From: Desulfobacterales bacterium
Lineage (GTDB): Bacteria > Desulfobacterota > Desulfobacteria > Desulfobacterales > UBA5852
Direction of reading: 5' to 3'
Length of the DNA: 64,000 bases
NCBI GenBank assembly: GCA_963674755.2
Contig: CAXXVS010000003.1
Span: 832,001 to 896,000 of the forward strand
Below are positions 59,782-64,000 of this stretch, piece by piece; position 1 is the stretch's first letter, and the number at the start of each line of letters is the position of its first letter. The notes under the pieces were generated by a model. It saw only the letters and a list, made by a program, of their open reading frames with translations. It ran no database searches and was not told the origin of the DNA. The position numbers and the translations under genes are program-made.

Positions 59782-60004
59782 AACCCCGTTGTCTTGGGCC
59801 TTGACCGCTGCGTCTCGGGTCAGGGGGCCCCCCGGAATATCGTCGCGCGCGCGACCGGCCAGGCGGAATGGGGCAAGCGTGCTTTGCCGCAGAGGGAAGG
59901 CATCTTTTCCCGGAATGCTTCGGAACACTTTTGACAAGGGGCGTCTAAAATGAGATTGAAAAGTGCATCCTGTTTACACCAAAACCAAGCAGCCGGACCG
60001 CACC

Positions 60005-60916
60005 ATGCATCATTTTCTTCGCAAACACCCCCTGATCCTGATGGAAGCCGCCATTACCGAACCTCTCCGGCGGATGGAGGACGTGAGCCTGCATCCCACC
60101 CTCACGGTTTCAGCGCTGATCTATGACGACCGCGGCCGGTGCGAGCTTGAAAGACTCTACCTGGGATGTATGCAGGTGGCCCGCGCGGCGGAGCTGCCCT
60201 TCGTGATGTTTACGCCCACCTGGCGGGCCAATGCCGAACGGGTAAAAGACGCCGGCGCAGCGGCAACGATCAATGTCGATGCCACCCAGTTTATGCGGGG
60301 GCTTCGCGCCCGGTACGGTGGGGACGAGGCCATGATTAAAATCGGCGGTCTGATCGGTTGCCGGAACGACGCTTACCGTCCCCGGGAGGGGTTGCCCCCT
60401 GCGGACGCCGAGCGGTTCCATGCCTGGCAGATCGACCAGCTGGCCCAGGCCGGCGTTGATTTTCTGGTTGCGGAGACCCTGCCAGCGGTCCCGGAAGCCG
60501 TCGGCATTGCCCGGGCCATGGCGGGAACAGGGTTGCCCTACGTCATCAGTTTCGTGATCGGCCGCAACGGCCGTGTGCTGGACGGCACGGATTTGCCGGC
60601 GGCCGTCGCCACCGTCGATGCGGCCACGCTCACCAAGCCGCTCGGTTTCATGGTCAACTGCTCCTACCCGACCTTTTTGCATGCCGATGAGCAGCCGAGG
60701 GCGCTTTTCGAGCGCCTGATCGGCTACCAGGCCAACGCCTCGTCGTTGGACCATGACGCCCTCGACAATGCCGATGAGATGCACGGGGAGGATGTATCCG
60801 AATGGGGCCGCGCCATGCTGGCCCTCAATCGGGACCACGGGGTCCGGATGCTGGGCGGCTGCTGCGGCACCGGGGCGGCGCATCTGCGTTACATCGCCGC
60901 GCATTCCGCCAGCTGA
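60005..60916 (+). CDS. Homocysteine S-methyltransferase family protein
   Basis: TPTWRAN, VDFLVAET, MVNC, terminal GGCCGT zinc motif. Confidence 0.88.
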   Translation: MHHFLRKHPLILMEAAITEPLRRMEDVSLHPTLTVSALIYDDRGRCELERLYLGCMQVARAAELPFVMFTPTWRANAERVKDAGAAATINVDATQFMRGLRARYGGDEAMIKIGGLIGCRNDAYRPREGLPPADAERFHAWQIDQLAQAGVDFLVAETLPAVPEAVGIARAMAGTGLPYVISFVIGRNGRVLDGTDLPAAVATVDAATLTKPLGFMVNCSYPTFLHADEQPRALFERLIGYQANASSLDHDALDNADEMHGEDVSEWGRAMLALNRDHGVRMLGGCCGTGAAHLRYIAAHSAS

Positions 60917-61042
60917 GCGCATTACCCATGGGCTTGCGGATGATATTGGCGAACTAAACTCTTTTCCCATTCCGCATATAAAAGATCTTGGTATCAATCG
61001 CGTCATTGCATTCGTGTCGGAATTTTTACCCAAGGAGGTCAA

Positions 61043-61255
61043 ATGGAACCGGATAAGCTGATGGATGGTTTGTCGAAAGAGTTGACGGGCGCGCTGAAGG
61101 CCATGGCGAAGACAAAGGATGTCGCTGAAAAGGAGACCTACAGCCGAATCGTAAAAAACCTGTGTGAGTCGCTGGGTGTGTTTTTAAATCTGGTCAGTGA
61201 AATGATGCCCTTTGAGTTTGATGACGATTCGACGGATGAAGACTTGCCGTTCTGA
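61043..61255 (+). CDS. Small helical protein with acidic ...DEDLPF tail
   Basis: AAGGAGG RBS; 70 aa. Confidence 0.8.
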   Translation: MEPDKLMDGLSKELTGALKAMAKTKDVAEKETYSRIVKNLCESLGVFLNLVSEMMPFEFDDDSTDEDLPF

Positions 61256-61364
61256 AAGCGGCCCGACCGCCATCCCATTAATGATTGAAAGATGTCCCTG
61301 GCACGGGTTCCTACCGTGATTGACAAGGCCTGCCGCTTCGGGTATGTCGAATGCCGACATAACA

Positions 61365-61545
61365 CTTATTCTCAGGGCGGGGTGCAATTCCCCACCGGCG
61401 GTATCCCGGGTAACCGGGGAGCCCGCGAGCGCTCCTTAGTGAGTGTCCATCCATATCGGGACGGGCACTAGTTATTAGCAGGGAGGTCAGCAGATCCGGT
61501 GCGAGGCCGGAGCCGACGGTAACAGTCCGGATGGAAGAGGATAAG
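61365..61545 (+). ncRNA. FMN riboswitch (RFN element)
   Basis: AGGGCGGGGTGCAATTCCCCACCGGCGGT...AGCCCGCGAGCG...AGCAGATCCGGTGCGAGGCCGGAGCCGACGGT..AGTCCGGATGGAAGAG; directly upstream of ribB; TTGACA at 61320. Confidence 0.96.
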
Positions 61546-61726
61546 CCGGATTGCGCACGCTATTCCCCCTCAGCAGGCGCTGGGTGAGCAAGAATCGGCA
61601 TCAGGTGCCGCTTCCCCCAGCCTGCCAGGCCGTATCGGTCGCCGGGGCGGTACCTGCCTGCGCCCGCCTTCCTTCCTATGCCCTGATTCCTATTCACTGT
61701 AACTTCCATTAAGGAGAAGGGCACCC

Positions 61727-62380
61727 ATGCATCAGCGATTTCAAGAGGTTTATGCGAGTTCACGCCAGCGGGTGGAAACGGCCCTCGACGCTCTGCGCGC
61801 AGGCTCCGGCGTGATCGTGACCGACGATGAAAACCGGGAAAATGAAGGGGATTTGTTTTTCCCGGCCGAAACCGTTACCGAAGCCCAGATGGCGCTCCTC
61901 ATCCGGGAGTGCAGCGGGATCGTGTGCCTGTGTCTGACAACCGAGCGGGTGGAACAATTGGCGCTGCCCATGATGGTGCGCCACAATTCCAGCCGGTTTC
62001 AGACCGCCTTCACGGTGTCCATCGAAGCCGCGCAGGGGGTAACGACGGGGGTGTCCGCCAAGGACCGGATCACCACCATACGCGCGGCGGTGGCCGATGA
62101 GGCCGGACCCGAAGACCTTCATTGCCCCGGCCATGTCTTCCCTCTCAAGGCACGTCCGGGCGGCGTCCTGGAGCGCGCCGGGCATACCGAGGCCTGCGTG
62201 GATCTCATGCTGCTGGCCGGGTTCAAGCCCTGTGGCGTGCTGTGCGAATTGACCAATCCGGACGGCACCATGGCCCGCGGCCCCGAAATCCGGGCCTTTT
62301 CGGAAAAGCACGGCATGCCGGTGCTCACCGTGGAGAATCTGGTGGACTTCCGCAAGGGGATGCTGCAACAGGCCGGCTGA
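61727..62380 (+). CDS. ribB: 3,4-dihydroxy-2-butanone 4-phosphate synthase
   Basis: [48 protein letters not shown]. Confidence 0.96.
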   Translation: MHQRFQEVYASSRQRVETALDALRAGSGVIVTDDENRENEGDLFFPAETVTEAQMALLIRECSGIVCLCLTTERVEQLALPMMVRHNSSRFQTAFTVSIEAAQGVTTGVSAKDRITTIRAAVADEAGPEDLHCPGHVFPLKARPGGVLERAGHTEACVDLMLLAGFKPCGVLCELTNPDGTMARGPEIRAFSEKHGMPVLTVENLVDFRKGMLQQAG

Positions 62381-62510
62381 GGCTTTTAAGGCCTTCCAAA
62401 CTGGCCCGGGGCGCAGGAGGGCACCGATAAAACACTTGAAAAAGGCCGCCTGCGTAGGGTAGTCAACCTATTTTTCAACCATTCCACCTTTCCATCGAGA
62501 GGAGCTGCCG

Positions 62511-63485
62511 ATGAAACGAATGATCTTTGCCCTGGCTGTCCTGCTGTGCCTGGCCCTCGCGGCCCCCATGGCCGGTGCCGCGCCGACCCATGTCAAAGTG
62601 GCTTTCGCCACCTGGGTGGGCTACGGCCCCCTCTATATCGCCCAAGACAAGGGGCTGTTCGCGAAATACGACCTGGATGTGGAGTTGATGATCATCGACG
62701 ACGAATCCCAGTATGCCGCCGCCATGGCCTCGGGCAATATCGATGCCCTGGGCAACGTCCTGGACCGCGAGGTCATTCATTATGCCAAGGGCACCCCGGA
62801 AGTGGTGCTGTTTGCCATGGATGAATCTTCGGGGGGTGACGGCATCATCGCCACGGCGGATATCAAGTCCCTCGCGGATCTGAAGGGCAAGAACGTGGGC
62901 CTGGACAAAAGCTCCACCTCCTATTTCTTTTTCCTGACCGCGCTTGAAAAAGCCGGTGTGCCGGAAGATTCCCTGACCATTTATGAGATGGGCGCCTCCG
63001 ATGCCGGGGCGGCTTTCGTGGCCGGCAAGCTCGATGCGGCCGTTTCCTGGGAGCCCTGGCTGTCCAAGGCCTCCGAGCGGGAAGGCGGCCACCTGCTGGT
63101 CTCCTCCAAGGAATTCCCGCGCACCATCGTGGATGTGTTCGTGATGCGCAAGGATTTCATCGCGGAACATCCCGAGGCGGCCGCCGACATGACCAAAGCC
63201 TGGTTCGACGCCATCGCCTGGTACCGGGAAAACCCGGATGAGGGCAACGCCATCATGGCCAAACATCTGGGGGAAAGCCCGGCGGACATCGCCGACATGG
63301 CCTCGGGCGTGACGTTTTTGGGGGCCCGGGACAACCGGGAATTCTTTGACCGCGGCACGGCCAACAGCATTTATGACGTGGCCGCCCGGGCCGGGAAGTT
63401 CTGGAAGTCCAAGGGCATTCTGAAAAAAGATCTGGACGTGGACGGTTTGATTAGCGACCAATACATCAAGGCGGCGGCCGACTAG
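62511..63485 (+). CDS. ABC transporter substrate-binding protein (SsuA/TauA/NMT1-like)
   Basis: Signal peptide; WVGYGPLYIA, DESSGGDGI, DLKGK, DAAVSWEPW. Confidence 0.9.
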   Translation: MKRMIFALAVLLCLALAAPMAGAAPTHVKVAFATWVGYGPLYIAQDKGLFAKYDLDVELMIIDDESQYAAAMASGNIDALGNVLDREVIHYAKGTPEVVLFAMDESSGGDGIIATADIKSLADLKGKNVGLDKSSTSYFFFLTALEKAGVPEDSLTIYEMGASDAGAAFVAGKLDAAVSWEPWLSKASEREGGHLLVSSKEFPRTIVDVFVMRKDFIAEHPEAAADMTKAWFDAIAWYRENPDEGNAIMAKHLGESPADIADMASGVTFLGARDNREFFDRGTANSIYDVAARAGKFWKSKGILKKDLDVDGLISDQYIKAAAD

Positions 63486-64000
63486 ATGCCCGCCCCTGCG
63501 CGCATACGCACCTGGGCGCCGGGAACGGGGCTGGCCCTGTCGTCGTTCCTGGCCCTTTTCCTGATCTGGTGCCTGCTGGCCTATTCCGGCGCCGTCAAGG
63601 AACTCTTCCTGCCCCAGCCGCATCGGGTGCTGCTGTCCTTCGGCGAAATGCAGCGCGAGGGCATCCTCTGGCAGTACACCTGGGATTCCACCTACCGCGT
63701 CATGGTGGGTTGGGCCATGGCTGTAGCCCTGGCCGTGCCTTTGGGCCTGCTGATCGCCACCTCCCGACGGTTTGCCGCGCTTTTCCAGCCCCTCATGGAA
63801 TTTGCCCGCTATCTGCCTGTCGTGGCACTGGTGCCCCTCACCTTGCTGTACTTCGGCATTGGCGACCTGCAGAAATTCATGGTCATCTTCCTGGGCACTT
63901 TTTTTCAGCTGGTGCTGATGGTGGCCGATACCACGGCCAATGTGCCCAAGGACTTGTCCCGGGCCGCCGCCACTTTAGGCGCCAACCAAACCCAGATCTA
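63486..64000 (+). CDS. ABC transporter permease (SsuC/TauC-like), partial
   Basis: Starts right after the SBP stop: MPAPARIRTW...FLPQP...RVMVGW...EFARYLPVVALVPL..LYFGIGD; open to window end. Confidence 0.88.
   Translation, partial: MPAPARIRTWAPGTGLALSSFLALFLIWCLLAYSGAVKELFLPQPHRVLLSFGEMQREGILWQYTWDSTYRVMVGWAMAVALAVPLGLLIATSRRFAALFQPLMEFARYLPVVALVPLTLLYFGIGDLQKFMVIFLGTFFQLVLMVADTTANVPKDLSRAAATLGANQTQI

Noticed and set aside
1..64000. CRISPR array, rRNA, tRNA, intact transposase/integrase, selenoprotein read-through
   Set aside because: No regularly spaced direct repeats, RNA gene signatures, complete recombinase ORFs or TGA-interrupted redox motifs were seen by eye

Overview
GC-rich bacterial chromosomal segment, most likely from an anaerobic Desulfobacterota/deltaproteobacterium (inferred from gene content and repeat types). 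From left to right it holds: a sugar-acid operon (iolC-like kinase, SDR, CUT1 ABC transporter) with a class I aldolase nearby; a peroxiredoxin plus MBL-rhodanese pair; an operon of two secreted proteins (a 1852-aa Ig-like/beta-rich protein and an FN3-repeat protein); an autoregulated FadR-GRE-activase-tandem split-barrel operon encoding an unassigned glycyl radical enzyme; acyl-CoA enzymes; and signalling genes (hybrid kinase, GAF-PP2C, adenylate cyclase-STAND-TPR). An AT-rich island (~48.1-56.3 kb) looks like a decayed integron cassette array without integrase, with several attC-like sites plus IS21 and group II intron scraps. The window ends with housekeeping-type genes and an FMN riboswitch-ribB-ABC transporter region. 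I also found two covarying 123-bp hairpin elements overlapping stop codons, several gene remnants and small ORFs missing from the ORF track, and a 70-aa protein with an SSB-like acidic tail. All family assignments come from motif recognition by eye, not from database searches.
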